Notes: generated by a model from the letters alone, not told the origin. Positions 1 through 9,993 are shown, counted from the first letter of the stretch. The stretch: DNA of 64,000 bases from Candidatus Onthovivens sp. (GCA_048405595.1 DBFJOT010000056.1:8085-72084); one strand, 5' to 3'. A program made the numbers and translations.

Positions 1-560
1 CCCACTTATTAACTCATCATCATAAGAACGACAAAGAAGATGAATCAAGTTGTGGTGATCACGCTCATTCCGTTGAGCTTTTCGAGGAAAAATCATTAGG
101 TTTTGCAAGTTTTCTCTTCTTTATTGCGATTTCAATCCACAATATACCAGAAGGATTAACTCTTGGTGGTATGTTTTTAATCGATGAAGAAATTCCTATC
201 AATGGTATTGTTACTTCTATTATTTTATTGATACATAACGTAATAATAGGTTACACAATGTATAACTCTTTTAGACTTCATAATAACTCAAAAGCGTTCT
301 CCGCTATGATCACAACTCTTAGCGCTTTACCAGCTTTCATTTTTGCATTAATTGGGTATTTCATCACTTCAATATCATTATCACCAGTCTTTATTGGTTC
401 ATTATTAGCTGTCTCAACTGGTAGCTTATTATACGTTTTATTCATTGAAATTATACCAATTGGATTAAAAGACCATAAAACAAAATTAAGTTTCATTTAT
501 GTCTTGCTAGGCATAATTTCTTTTGTTTTACTTATATCATTAGGAGGACATTCACATTAA
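1..560 (+). CDS. ZIP-family divalent metal (zinc) transporter, 5' end cut by window edge
   Basis: Frame 3 is open from nt 3. Translation begins HLLTHHHKNDKEDESSCGDHAHS (His-rich loop), then FFIAISIHNIPEGLTLGG (HNxPEG ZIP/ZupT signature) and hydrophobic helices. The Met at 171 in the ORF track is internal. Confidence 0.75.
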   Translation, partial: HLLTHHHKNDKEDESSCGDHAHSVELFEEKSLGFASFLFFIAISIHNIPEGLTLGGMFLIDEEIPINGIVTSIILLIHNVIIGYTMYNSFRLHNNSKAFSAMITTLSALPAFIFALIGYFITSISLSPVFIGSLLAVSTGSLLYVLFIEIIPIGLKDHKTKLSFIYVLLGIISFVLLISLGGHSH

Positions 561-1249
561 TGGAAAAAACTATCGGATTAGTTATCGCAACAATTAGTGA
601 ATTCAAAGCTATTTTCGGTAACAAAAATATCAACTATAAAACTATCGAAAATTCCCCTTTCGCTATTGAAGAATTAGAAATCGAAGGTAAAAAAATTATT
701 GCTATAAATTCAGGCGTTGGTGAAGTTTATGCTTCAATGGCAACTCAATATTTAATTGACCATTATTCTCCTTCACTTATTTTAAATTATGGTGTGGTCG
801 GTTCTTTAAGAGATGACTTAAATTTAAAATCAACAATCATTATTGATCAAATTTTTGATTATGAATTTGATACAAGCGCGATTGATAATTGTCCAGTCGG
901 ATATAGAGACGAATTTAAAAGCATCTATATCAAAGGAATTGATGAAAAATATAAAACATTTATTCAAAAAACTTTCCCAAATTTAGAATTAGTTAATTGT
1001 GCTTCAGGAAATAAATTTATTGCTGATGTAAAAATTAAAAATAACTTATTTAACAAATATCACTGCTCGATTTGCGAAATGGAAGCTCTTGGTATTGCGT
1101 TAACAGCGATTAAAAACCAAATTCCTACAATTTTTATTAAGGGAGTAAGCGATACTAAAACAGGTGGAGCTGAAGAATTTTCTAAAATGATTAATGAATC
1201 TTCAAGCACTACTTTTGAATTAGTTGTTAAATTAATTAAACACATTTAA
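560..1249 (+). CDS. mtnN: 5'-methylthioadenosine/S-adenosylhomocysteine nucleosidase family (PNP_UDP_1 fold)
   Basis: 229 aa. Colinear with MtnN blocks: SGVGEVYAS (cf SGIGKVAAA), ILNYGVVGSL, ASGNKFI, ICEMEALGIA (cf AVEMEA), IKGVSDT. Start overlaps the upstream stop (TAATG). Confidence 0.7.
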   Translation: MEKTIGLVIATISEFKAIFGNKNINYKTIENSPFAIEELEIEGKKIIAINSGVGEVYASMATQYLIDHYSPSLILNYGVVGSLRDDLNLKSTIIIDQIFDYEFDTSAIDNCPVGYRDEFKSIYIKGIDEKYKTFIQKTFPNLELVNCASGNKFIADVKIKNNLFNKYHCSICEMEALGIALTAIKNQIPTIFIKGVSDTKTGGAEEFSKMINESSSTTFELVVKLIKHI

Positions 1250-1335
1250 CATTTCAGACAATAAAAAGCTTTAATAATATTTCTTGAGGTCCTAAAACTT
1301 TTTTAGAGTCTTTCTACAAGTGTTAAAGAAAAAAC

Positions 1336-1390
1336 GATACATCCTCCTTATAAATTATAAATTAAACTAATAAGGAGTATGTATCTTTTT
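1336..1390 (+). terminator. Rho-independent terminator-like hairpin downstream of mtnN
   Basis: 15-nt inverted repeat gatacatcctcctta / taaggagtatgtatc (1 mismatch) with a 20-nt AT loop, followed by TTTTT. Confidence 0.5.
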
Positions 1391-1630
1391 ACTATACAAT
1401 ATTTGACCATCTAAACATAAGTGTTATTGCTTTGACAAAAGTCACATCAACTAGAGATGACGATTTTGTATATATTCAAGCTTTTTTATCTGTAAAGGTA
1501 AAAGACTTAGTAATTGCCCAATCGAATGAATAAATCCAAGAAGAAAAAATCTTAAAATCGTTTATTGTAGTTACAAAAGCAAGAGATAATTTTATAAAAG
1601 GGTTATTGCTATTATATACAAACTAACATT

Positions 1631-1666
1631 AAAAAAGGTCGCTTATTGATATAGGCGACCTTTTTT
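1631..1666. terminator. Bidirectional terminator hairpin
   Basis: A6-GGTCGC-12 nt loop-GCGACC-T6. Confidence 0.55.
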
Positions 1667-1723
1667 AATGTTAAAGCTTTTTTATTCGTGGATCCTACAA
1701 AAACCTAAATTTTGTTAAAGAGC

Positions 1724-1760
1724 CAAAAAATATAAAAAAGAGCTCATATTTCAGAGCTCT
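1724..1760 (-). terminator. tuf terminator
   Basis: AGAGCTC / GAGCTCT stem (1739-1745, 1754-1760) about 30 nt after the tuf stop. The A-rich plus-strand run 1724-1738 gives a U-tract on the minus strand. Confidence 0.6.
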
Positions 1761-1791
1761 TAGAATGTTGAATTTGAGTCTAGTTAAGAAA

Positions 1792-2976
1792 CTATTTAAT
1801 AATTTCGTTAACTGTACCAGCACCAACAGTTCTTCCGCCTTCACGGATTGAGAACTTAGTACCTTTTTCAACAGCGACAGGGTGGATTAATTCAACTGTG
1901 AATGTAACGTTATCGCCTGGCATGACCATTTCTGTTCCTGCTGGAAGAGTAATTGTTCCAGTAATATCTGTTGTATGGAAGTAGAATTGTGGTCTGTAGT
2001 TGCTTAAGAAAGCTGTATGTCTACCACCTTCTTCTTTAGTAAGAATGTAGCATTGGCATGTGAATTTTGAGTGTGGTGTGATTGATCCTGGTTTTGCTAA
2101 AACTTGTCCTCTAACGACTTCGTCTCTAGCAACACCTCTTAAGAGGATACCTGCGTTATCGCCAGCTTCAGCGAAATCGAGTGTTTTTCTGAACATTTCG
2201 ATACCTGTAACGACTGATGATTTTGTAGGTTTGATACCAACGATTTCAACTGGATCGTTTAATTTGACTGTACCTCTTTCAACTCTACCTGTAACAACTG
2301 TACCACGACCTGTGATTGTGATAACGTCTTCGATAGGCATTAAGAAAGGTTTGTCTGTTTCTCTAGTTGGATCTGGGAAGTAAGCATCGATTTGGTTCAT
2401 TAATTCTAAGACTGCAGCTTCAGCTTCTGGATCTCCATCTAATGCTTTTCTAGCACTTCCTCTGACTACTGGGACTTCGTCTCCTGGGAAGTTGTATTTG
2501 TTTAATAAGTCTCTGACGTCCATTTCGACTAAGTCGATTAATTCTGGGTCATCAACTAAATCGCATTTATTTAAGAAAACTGCGATATATGGAACACCAA
2601 CTTGTCTAGCAAGTAAGATGTGTTCTCTTGTTTGTGGCATAACACCGTCTGTAGCAGCGACAACAAGGATAGCACCATCCATTTGTGCAGCACCTGTAAT
2701 CATGTTCTTGACGTAGTCAGCGTGCCCTGGACAGTCAACGTGAGCATAGTGTCTTTTTGCTGTTTGGTATTCAATGTGTGATGTATTAATTGTAATACCT
2801 CTTGCTTTTTCTTCTGGAGCAGCATCAATTTGGTTGTAATCCATTGATTTTGCCATACCATTCTTTGAAAGAACGTGTGTGATAGCAGCTGTTAAGGTTG
2901 TTTTACCATGGTCGACGTGGCCGATGGTACCAATGTTCATATGGACCTTACTTCTATCAAATTTTTCTTTTGCCAT
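1792..2976 (-). CDS. tuf: Elongation factor Tu
   Basis: 394 aa with [14 protein letters not shown] and NKCD GTPase motifs. SD aggagg upstream. Last gene of the rpsL-rpsG-fusA-tuf cluster. Confidence 0.98.
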   Translation of the reverse strand: MAKEKFDRSKVHMNIGTIGHVDHGKTTLTAAITHVLSKNGMAKSMDYNQIDAAPEEKARGITINTSHIEYQTAKRHYAHVDCPGHADYVKNMITGAAQMDGAILVVAATDGVMPQTREHILLARQVGVPYIAVFLNKCDLVDDPELIDLVEMDVRDLLNKYNFPGDEVPVVRGSARKALDGDPEAEAAVLELMNQIDAYFPDPTRETDKPFLMPIEDVITITGRGTVVTGRVERGTVKLNDPVEIVGIKPTKSSVVTGIEMFRKTLDFAEAGDNAGILLRGVARDEVVRGQVLAKPGSITPHSKFTCQCYILTKEEGGRHTAFLSNYRPQFYFHTTDITGTITLPAGTEMVMPGDNVTFTVELIHPVAVEKGTKFSIREGGRTVGAGTVNEIIK

Positions 2977-3024
2977 AAGTAATTTCTTTCCTCCTACTTA
3001 ATAAATAGCATTTGCAATAAAAAT

Positions 3025-3053
3025 ATTTTACTTAATTTTATTTTTATAATCAA
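3025..3053 (-). promoter_or_regulatory. Candidate internal promoter for tuf
   Basis: Minus strand TTGATT, 17 nt spacer, TAAAAT, in the fusA-tuf spacer. Confidence 0.4.
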
Positions 3054-3080
3054 TATTTATCTATTTAGATAAATACACGA

Positions 3081-5153
3081 TTAACGATTGGACATGCCAC
3101 TCTTTTTGATAATTTCTTCTTGAATGAATTTTGGACATTCTCCGAAGTGATCAAATTCCATTGAGTAGCTTCCTCTACCTTGTGTGAATGAACGTAAGTC
3201 TGTAACGTAACCGAACATTTCTGAAAGTGGTACTTCAGCTTCGACGATTTTAGCGTTACCCCTTTGGCTTTCACCAGTCATATTTCCTCTTCTACGTGAA
3301 ATATCACCGATAACATCACCATAATATTGTTCTGGGACAGTAACTTCAATCTTCATAATAGGTTCAAGGATAACTGGATCACACTTTTTAGCAGCTTCTT
3401 TAAGAGCCATACTAGCAGCAATCTTATAAGCAGCTTCACTACTATCGACATCATGGTAAGAACCATCATGTAATGTGGCTTTGATATCGATTACTGGGTA
3501 GCCAGCAACGAGACCTCTTTGTAATGCATCTTGTAAACCATCTTGAGTTGGTTTGATGTATTCTCTAGGGACTGTACCACCAACAATAGCGTTGACGAAT
3601 TCAAATCCTTTTCCTGGGTTTGGTTCGAAGTCGATGACGACGTGACCATATTGACCTCTACCACCAGATTGTTTAATGTATTTACCTTCACAATCTCCTT
3701 CACGTCTGATTGTTTCACGGTATCCAACTTGTGGTTTACCAACGTTAACTGAAACATTGAATTCTCTTCTTAATCTATCAACAATAATATCTAAGTGTAA
3801 TTCACCAACACCAGCGATAATAGTTTGGCCACTATCTTCACTTGTGTGAACTTTAAATGTTGGATCTTCTTCAGCTAATTTTGATAAAGCAAGTGACATT
3901 TTTTCTTGGTCTGCTTTTGTTTTTGGTTCAATAGCTTCTTCAATAACTGGTTCTGGGAATTCCATTTTTTCTAACATAACTTCTAATGATTCATCACAAA
4001 GTGTTTCACCAGTAGTTGTGTTCTTTAAACCGATAATAGCACCAATTTCTCCAGCGTGAAGTGCCTCGACTTCTTGTCTATGATTTGAATGCATTAAAAC
4101 TAAACGTCCGATTCTTTCTTTGCATCCTTTATTTGAGTTATAGACATAGCTTCCTGCTTTTAAGACACCAGTGTAGACTCTGAAATATGATAATCTACCA
4201 ACAAATGGGTCTGTAGCAATCTTGAATGCGATACCAACCATTTTTTCATTATCGTCTGGTTTGCAGATGAATTCTGTACCATCTGGTAATGTTCCTTTTG
4301 CTGGATCGATATCAAGTGGTGATGGTAAGTAATCAATAACACCATCGAGTAATAATTGAACACCTTTATTTTTATAAGCTGAACCACAGAAGACTGGGTG
4401 GAATTCACCTTTAATTGTAGCTTTTCTAATAACAGCTTTGATTTCTTCAACAGTTGGTTCTTCACCTTCTAATACTTTCATACAGAAGTCATCATCAAAT
4501 CCTGCTAAATCTTCAATTAATTCTGCTCTTAATTGTTCACATTTTTCTTTATATTCTTCAGGAACTTCAATTAATTTTGGATTTTTGAAGTCTGTGAAAT
4601 CCCAAGCTTCCATTTTAATGATATCAATAACACCACTTAATGTGTTTGAGATACCAATTGGATATTGGACAGGTTTTGCATTAGCACCGAGCTTTTCTTT
4701 AATTGAGTGCCAGCTCATATCGAAATCAGCACCAATAGCGTCTAATTTGTTAACAAAGACAATACGTGGAACGTTATATTTTGTACCTTGTCTCCAAACT
4801 GTTTCTGTTTGTGGTTCAACACCGTTTTTTCCATCGAGAACTGTAACAGCTCCGTCAAGAACTCTTAATGAACGTTCAACTTCAACTGTGAAGTCGACGT
4901 GCCCAGGAGTGTCAATAATATTTAATCTATTGCCTTTCCAGAAACATGTCGTAGCAGCACTAGTAATTGTGATACCTCTTTCTTGTTCTTGGGCCATCCA
5001 GTCCATTGTAGCGGCACCTTCATGAGTCTCACCGATTTTATGAATTTTGTTAGTAAAGAACAAAATACGTTCTGTAGTTGTTGTTTTACCAGCATCGATG
5101 TGAGCCATGATACCAATATTACGAGTATGCTCTAAATCATATTCTCTAGCCAT
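3081..5153 (-). CDS. fusA: Elongation factor G
   Basis: 690 aa with [14 protein letters not shown] and NKLD motifs; full-length EF-G domains. Confidence 0.98.
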   Translation of the reverse strand: MAREYDLEHTRNIGIMAHIDAGKTTTTERILFFTNKIHKIGETHEGAATMDWMAQEQERGITITSAATTCFWKGNRLNIIDTPGHVDFTVEVERSLRVLDGAVTVLDGKNGVEPQTETVWRQGTKYNVPRIVFVNKLDAIGADFDMSWHSIKEKLGANAKPVQYPIGISNTLSGVIDIIKMEAWDFTDFKNPKLIEVPEEYKEKCEQLRAELIEDLAGFDDDFCMKVLEGEEPTVEEIKAVIRKATIKGEFHPVFCGSAYKNKGVQLLLDGVIDYLPSPLDIDPAKGTLPDGTEFICKPDDNEKMVGIAFKIATDPFVGRLSYFRVYTGVLKAGSYVYNSNKGCKERIGRLVLMHSNHRQEVEALHAGEIGAIIGLKNTTTGETLCDESLEVMLEKMEFPEPVIEEAIEPKTKADQEKMSLALSKLAEEDPTFKVHTSEDSGQTIIAGVGELHLDIIVDRLRREFNVSVNVGKPQVGYRETIRREGDCEGKYIKQSGGRGQYGHVVIDFEPNPGKGFEFVNAIVGGTVPREYIKPTQDGLQDALQRGLVAGYPVIDIKATLHDGSYHDVDSSEAAYKIAASMALKEAAKKCDPVILEPIMKIEVTVPEQYYGDVIGDISRRRGNMTGESQRGNAKIVEAEVPLSEMFGYVTDLRSFTQGRGSYSMEFDHFGECPKFIQEEIIKKSGMSNR

Positions 5154-5168
5154 AAATTACTCCCGAAA

Positions 5169-5639
5169 TTACCATTTATAGTGTGCGTAAGCTTTGTTAG
5201 CTTCAGCCATCTTATGAACGTCTTCTCTTTTCTTAACACTAGCGCCTGTTCCGTTAGCTGCATCAATGATTTCGTTACAAAGTTTTTCTTCCATTGATTT
5301 TTCTTTTCTTAATCTTGAATAGTTAACTAACCATCTTAAGCCTAATGTAACTCTTCTTTCTTTTGAAACTTCAGTTGGTACTTGGTAGTTAGCAGCACCG
5401 ATTCTTTTTGCTTTTAATTCAACTTCTGGCATGATGTTGTTGATTGCTGTAGCAAAAACATCCATAGCTGGTTTTCCTGTTTTAGCTTCAATTCTCTTAA
5501 AAGCATCATATAAAATTGTTTGAGCTGTTCCTTTTTTACCATCTAACATAATTTTGTTAATTAATCTTGAGACTAATTTTGAATTATAAATTGGATCTGG
5601 TAAAACATCTCTTTTTGCAACATTACCTTTTCTTGGCAT
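5169..5639 (-). CDS. rpsG: 30S ribosomal protein S7
   Basis: 156 aa starting MPRKG. Sits between rpsL and fusA. Confidence 0.97.
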   Translation of the reverse strand: MPRKGNVAKRDVLPDPIYNSKLVSRLINKIMLDGKKGTAQTILYDAFKRIEAKTGKPAMDVFATAINNIMPEVELKAKRIGAANYQVPTEVSKERRVTLGLRWLVNYSRLRKEKSMEEKLCNEIIDAANGTGASVKKREDVHKMAEANKAYAHYKW

Positions 5640-5652
5640 CGTCTACTCCCTC

Positions 5653-6075
5653 CTATTCACTCTTTCCTTTTGGTTTTTTAGTACCGTATAAAGATCTACC
5701 TTGTCTACGTGATTCAATACCAGCGCAGTCTAAGCATCCTCTAATAATATGGTATCTAACACCTGGAAGGTCCTTGACTCTTCCGCCACGAATCATAACT
5801 GTTGAGTGTTCTTGTAAGTTATGTCCTTCTCCACCGATATAAGCTGTAACTTCATATCCGTTAGAGAGCTTAACTCTAGCGTATTTTCTTAAAGCTGAGT
5901 TAGGTTTTTTAGGGGTCATTGTTCCAACACGGGTACAAACACCTCTTTTTTGTGCAGCATTTTGATTTGTTTCTTTTTTATTTAAAGAATCGAATCTTTT
6001 TAAAAGTGCTGGTGATTTTGATTTAAATTCACTTTTAGTTCTACCTTGTCTAACTAATTGATTAATAGTTGGCAT
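5653..6075 (-). CDS. rpsL: 30S ribosomal protein S12
   Basis: 140 aa starting MPTINQLVR, with the PNSALRK block. SD ggagga upstream. Confidence 0.97.
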   Translation of the reverse strand: MPTINQLVRQGRTKSEFKSKSPALLKRFDSLNKKETNQNAAQKRGVCTRVGTMTPKKPNSALRKYARVKLSNGYEVTAYIGGEGHNLQEHSTVMIRGGRVKDLPGVRYHIIRGCLDCAGIESRRQGRSLYGTKKPKGKSE

Positions 6076-6157
6076 CTTTTTCCTCCATCTTCATACACAC
6101 ATTACCTGGTGTATCGTAATACTCACTAAAAAATAAAAACTTTTCAGTCGCTTTATT

Positions 6158-6186
6158 ATTTTCCTAGAAACTTAGGCGCTTGTCAA
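6158..6186 (-). promoter_or_regulatory. Candidate str-operon promoter
   Basis: Minus strand TTGACA (6186-6181), 17 nt spacer, GAAAAT (6163-6158), about 80 nt upstream of the rpsL ATG. Confidence 0.4.
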
Positions 6187-6271
6187 GTAGTTTTTTAACT
6201 TTTTTTGAACCACCAGGTTACGTGTGTTATTTTACTTATATAAATTTTGCTATTTTTTTGAACAGCAGTGA

Positions 6272-6301
6272 AAAAAGTTTCGATAAAATCGACACTTTTT
6301 T
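6272..6301. terminator. Terminator hairpin downstream of the 6384-6791 ORF
   Basis: 13-bp stem aaaaagtttcgat / atcgacacttttt (1 mismatch) with a 3-nt loop; A/T runs form part of the stem. Confidence 0.45.
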
Positions 6302-6383
6302 AATGTTAAAAGCAAACATAAAATTTAATATTAATTTTTAACATTATTCTATAAAAGAACTTTAAACAATAGAATATTTTTTC

Positions 6384-6791
6384 TTAATCTATATCAACTA
6401 TATATTTTCTAATTTTTGGATAAACTAAATACTTTATAGCAATAAAAGCGATAAAAATACATAATTCACCAACAGAAAAGATAAAGGAAGGACTAACTCG
6501 AATTGTTAAAGTTCCAACATAAGGGCTCACTATAAAATAATTATGTATAAATCCAACTAATAACAAGCTAGTAAAGCCTAAAATATCAATTCCACTGTTT
6601 TTAATGAAGTGATTCTTTGGTAACTTTGTATCTTTTAACAATTTAATTGATTCTTCTTTTCGTCTTTTAAACGTTTTAAATGTATAAACAATATAAGTAA
6701 TATTACTCAAAAGCAAAACTACAAAGACTAAAGATGCGAAACCAATATAATATTTAGAAAGGATAGAAAATCTCTCATTAAAAAACGACAA
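6384..6791 (-). CDS. Three-TM membrane segment resembling the C-terminal part of an FtsX-type permease; probably not an independent gene
   Basis: Only a TTG start with no convincing SD. The frame stays open 37 codons further upstream, to 6902. After TM1, RRKEESIKLLKDTKLPKNHFIKN parallels SRKEISIFSVLGFENNEIIK of the FtsX domain at 38796-41576. Confidence 0.5.
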   Translation of the reverse strand: MSFFNERFSILSKYYIGFASLVFVVLLLSNITYIVYTFKTFKRRKEESIKLLKDTKLPKNHFIKNSGIDILGFTSLLLVGFIHNYFIVSPYVGTLTIRVSPSFIFSVGELCIFIAFIAIKYLVYPKIRKYIVDID

Positions 6792-6868
6792 ATAATCATC
6801 TCTAAATCGATCATAAAGAACAAACTTATCATAAAGTTTTTCATTTCTATCGTAATAATATTTATCTA

Positions 6869-7753
6869 TTAACTCTTTTTTTCTATCTTTATTTTTATGG
6901 TATCAATTAAGAGCGAAGTACAAACTTTTTTTGCTTTGTTTCCGTTTGGAAGTGTTATAAAAGAATCTTGTTCCAATTTTAAAAATTCATCAGTAACTAT
7001 TAAAGCTCCTTGATACATATAAATTAAAAAAACAAATTCATAATAAATTTGAGAAATATAATAATTTTTTAGATAATCGTTCCAATTAATATTTATATTT
7101 TGCAGTAAAATCTCTTTATAAGATTCGTTATAAGGAATATCTATTACACCACTTATTTTTAAATTTCCTTGAATTAATGAAGAATAACAATAAGGAAGGT
7201 TTAAAATCTTTGTTGGATCTTTTTTAATATCATCTCCATTTAAAGTGACCTTAGTATTACGGTCATAATAACCATACTCGCATAAACTATCAAATATATA
7301 TTTCGGAATTAGAATTTCATCAATTTTTTTAGGCATTTCTCCAAATAATAATTCGTATGAAGAAACTAAATTACTTCTAGAACTGATTAGCCTATTGGTT
7401 TGTAATCCATATATTAAATTATGTTTATCATGGGGTTTGTTACTATAATTAATAGGATTGCCATAATTATCTACATTTATGATTCCATAAACAAAAGTTG
7501 AAGCATCTAAAATTTCTTTATCAAATTCTTTAATAGCTTCTTCATAATCAAAAATTACTTGATTATTAATATGGTCTAAATGTTTTGAAACAATAAAATA
7601 GGGATTTTCATAATTAAAATAACTTCTTTTAACATCTTCTTTAATGTTTGTACAGCCCGCACTAAAAGATAAAGATATAAATAAAAAGATTATATATACC
7701 AATATTTTATTAAAAACTAACTTCTCTTTTTTTGTTATCAAATTTTTCATCAT
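6869..7753 (-). CDS. Signal/lipobox-bearing extracytoplasmic protein; likely the N-terminal part of a split FtsX-type permease
   Basis: 294 aa. N-terminal hydrophobic helix ending LSFSAGC (lipobox-like). Ends ..IEKKS* immediately after the heptamer A AAA AAG. Confidence 0.6.
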   Translation of the reverse strand: MMKNLITKKEKLVFNKILVYIIFLFISLSFSAGCTNIKEDVKRSYFNYENPYFIVSKHLDHINNQVIFDYEEAIKEFDKEILDASTFVYGIINVDNYGNPINYSNKPHDKHNLIYGLQTNRLISSRSNLVSSYELLFGEMPKKIDEILIPKYIFDSLCEYGYYDRNTKVTLNGDDIKKDPTKILNLPYCYSSLIQGNLKISGVIDIPYNESYKEILLQNININWNDYLKNYYISQIYYEFVFLIYMYQGALIVTDEFLKLEQDSFITLPNGNKAKKVCTSLLIDTIKIKIEKKS

Positions 7754-7954
7754 ATTTTATCTGCGTGTAAATAAATCCCTTTAGTGTAACTGGTAGGATC
7801 ATTTAAATTAAGAATTTCTAATTCATAGAGCCCATTCGAGTTAAATTCTATAGCAGAAGGAGATTTATTCAAAGGATTATCTGTAGAATATATTACTCTG
7901 TCATGTATTAAATCAAGTGCATTAAATTCAAAACTTAATAGCGGTTTTTAAAAA

Positions 7955-8440
7955 TTATTTTTGACCTGTTTCTATTGTTAGCTTTAATTGTTTTTTACTA
8001 AATAGTTTTGTAAATATATCACCATAGACAATTTGAAGTAAACTTACACCTAATAAAGTTGCAGCGTTGCTGAAAATAAATATAGTAAAATTATAGTTAA
8101 ATTTTGGATAAGCAATTTTGCCAATAATTAAAGGTAAAAATAGGTTAATTACTAACATGAAGTAATTTAAAAAATACAATACTTTAATCCTTTTCATCAT
8201 TGGCTCTAGGTTTTTATTTAATCGATAATTATTAATTAAATATATGATCGCACTGAAAACAAAATAAGCGAAAGAAACTACATAAATACTAATCATAGTA
8301 CCGTAAATTAAATCACCAATTGTATCTTCGATTCCTTCTAAAGAGAATACTAAACTTATTGAATGAAACCGAAAAGACAATGGAATTAAGCAAAACGAAA
8401 ATAATGAAGCGATAATAGTTGTTGCAATAAAAGTTTTCAT
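7955..8440 (-). CDS. Hypothetical polytopic membrane protein
   Basis: 161 aa with about 5 hydrophobic helices, an ATG start and SD agaggga. No recognisable family motif. Confidence 0.55.
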   Translation of the reverse strand: MKTFIATTIIASLFSFCLIPLSFRFHSISLVFSLEGIEDTIGDLIYGTMISIYVVSFAYFVFSAIIYLINNYRLNKNLEPMMKRIKVLYFLNYFMLVINLFLPLIIGKIAYPKFNYNFTIFIFSNAATLLGVSLLQIVYGDIFTKLFSKKQLKLTIETGQK

Positions 8441-8471
8441 TTTTTCCCTCTAATTCAATTTTACATTATAT

Positions 8472-8497
8472 AAAAAAATATCGACATAAAATCGATA
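8472..8497 (-). terminator. sdaA terminator
   Basis: Minus strand TATCGA, 7 nt loop, TCGATA, followed by U7; located 6 nt after the sdaA stop. Confidence 0.55.
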
Positions 8498-8502
8498 CTT
8501 CT

Positions 8503-9705
8503 TTATTTACCAATATTTATTTTCGACATTCCTTTTTCACTAGTTTCTCGATATCCTTTTTGTAGATCTAAACCAGTTTCATACATTGTTTGAACAATGT
8601 CATCAAAAGTAATTTTTGCTGATTTTGTTGGAATCGCCATAGCTAAAGCTGCACTATTAATTGCTTTTAATGCAAATATTGCGTTTCTTTCAATACAAGG
8701 AATTTGAACATATCCTTGAATAGGATCACAAGTTAATCCTAAAGAATGTTCTAAAGCAATTTCACTAGCTTGAGCAATATTTTCGTTATCGAATCCAAAG
8801 GCATGTAAAATCATCGCCGCACCCATCGCACTAGCAGTTCCGATTTCAGCTTGGCACCCTGCTACAGCTCCTGCAACTGATGCATTAGTTTTAACGATTT
8901 TGCCAATTAATCCGCCTACAATGAGACTTTCAATGATTGTGTCATCGTTAAAATGAGATAATCTAAGGTATTCAATAACACCAGGAATTACACCAGCTGA
9001 TCCACATGTAGGAGCGGTTGCGACAATTCCTCCACTTGCATTTTCTTCACTTGAAGCATAAGCAAAAGCCATAACTAAAAGTTGCTCCTTAATAAACTTA
9101 TTAGTTTCATATGTACCTTTGATGTATAAGTCATGCGCTTTACGTTCAACATGAAGTTTTCCAGGAAGTAAACCGGTTGTTTCAACTCCTCTTTTACTTG
9201 CTTCATCCATTACACGAAGTACGTTACTCATATAATCAAAAATATCTTCATCTTCATGATTTATAATGTATTTATATAAAGTAATATTTTCTTCTTTACA
9301 AGTTTCTAATATATCTTTTAATTTAGTTTCGAAATATATATCTTTTTTTATTTCAGATTTTGAATCACTAGTTAAAATAGTTCCTCCACCTGTAGATTCA
9401 ATCTTTTCAAACATTTCTTTTCCATCAGCATATACATAAAAATGCATTGTGTTAGGATGATTTGGTTTTGTTTTATAATCAAATTCTATTTCACAAGGAA
9501 TATTAAGATTATCAAAATATCTTTGAATAATTGTATCTGTTAAATGTCCTTTACCAGTCCAAGCTAAAGAGCCAAAAAGAATGACTTTAACTTTTTCGAT
9601 GTTCTTGTATTTTTTATAAATATATTGGCAAGCAAAAGAAGGTCCCATAGTATGAGATGAACTTGGTCCGTTGCCGATAATAAAAATGTCTTTAATTGAA
9701 TCCAT
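8503..9705 (-). CDS. sdaA: L-serine dehydratase (iron-sulfur type, single chain)
   Basis: 400 aa. N-terminal IGNGPSSSHTMGP signature, later TCGSAGV and CIERNA Cys blocks. Confidence 0.85.
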   Translation of the reverse strand: MDSIKDIFIIGNGPSSSHTMGPSFACQYIYKKYKNIEKVKVILFGSLAWTGKGHLTDTIIQRYFDNLNIPCEIEFDYKTKPNHPNTMHFYVYADGKEMFEKIESTGGGTILTSDSKSEIKKDIYFETKLKDILETCKEENITLYKYIINHEDEDIFDYMSNVLRVMDEASKRGVETTGLLPGKLHVERKAHDLYIKGTYETNKFIKEQLLVMAFAYASSEENASGGIVATAPTCGSAGVIPGVIEYLRLSHFNDDTIIESLIVGGLIGKIVKTNASVAGAVAGCQAEIGTASAMGAAMILHAFGFDNENIAQASEIALEHSLGLTCDPIQGYVQIPCIERNAIFALKAINSAALAMAIPTKSAKITFDDIVQTMYETGLDLQKGYRETSEKGMSKINIGK

Positions 9706-9814
9706 AATTTGTATATTGAAACGCCATTTACATTAAATAAGTGAATAGGATACAAGATAATAAAATCTTTGCATTCTATTCACTCTTAAAGGTGTTCCCC
9801 CTTTATCAATTAAT

Positions 9815-9844
9815 ATTATATCTAGTTTTTCATTATAGTGTTAA
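9815..9844 (-). promoter_or_regulatory. Candidate sdaA promoter
   Basis: Minus strand TTAACA, 18 nt spacer, TATAAT, about 110 nt upstream of the ATG. Confidence 0.4.
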
Positions 9845-9954
9845 AGAAAAATAGTAAGAACCACTTTTTTTAGTTTATATGTATGATTTTTAACGTTATT
9901 TTCACTTTTAAAAGTCATTAAAACCTCATTTCATCGAATAAATTAGAGATATCG

Positions 9955-9993
9955 TTAAAAAAAGGCATAAGCATTTTTACATACTTATACCTT
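9955..9993 (-). terminator. rpoC terminator
   Basis: Minus strand AAGGUAUAAGUA, 8 nt loop, UGCUUAUGCCUU, then U8. The two non-Watson-Crick positions are G.U only on the minus strand, which supports this orientation. Confidence 0.65.

Noticed and set aside
4438-5025. 195-aa ORF antisense to fusA. Similar long antisense or overlapping ORFs occur inside tuf (2060-2383), rpoC (10153-10560), rplL (18331-18675), rlmB (22531-22986), the ABC genes (38875-39252) and typA (49073-49354).
   Set aside because: All lie fully inside strongly supported conserved genes. They have low-complexity Ser/Thr/Leu-rich translations and no SD sequences, and are the usual shadow frames of codon-biased genes.
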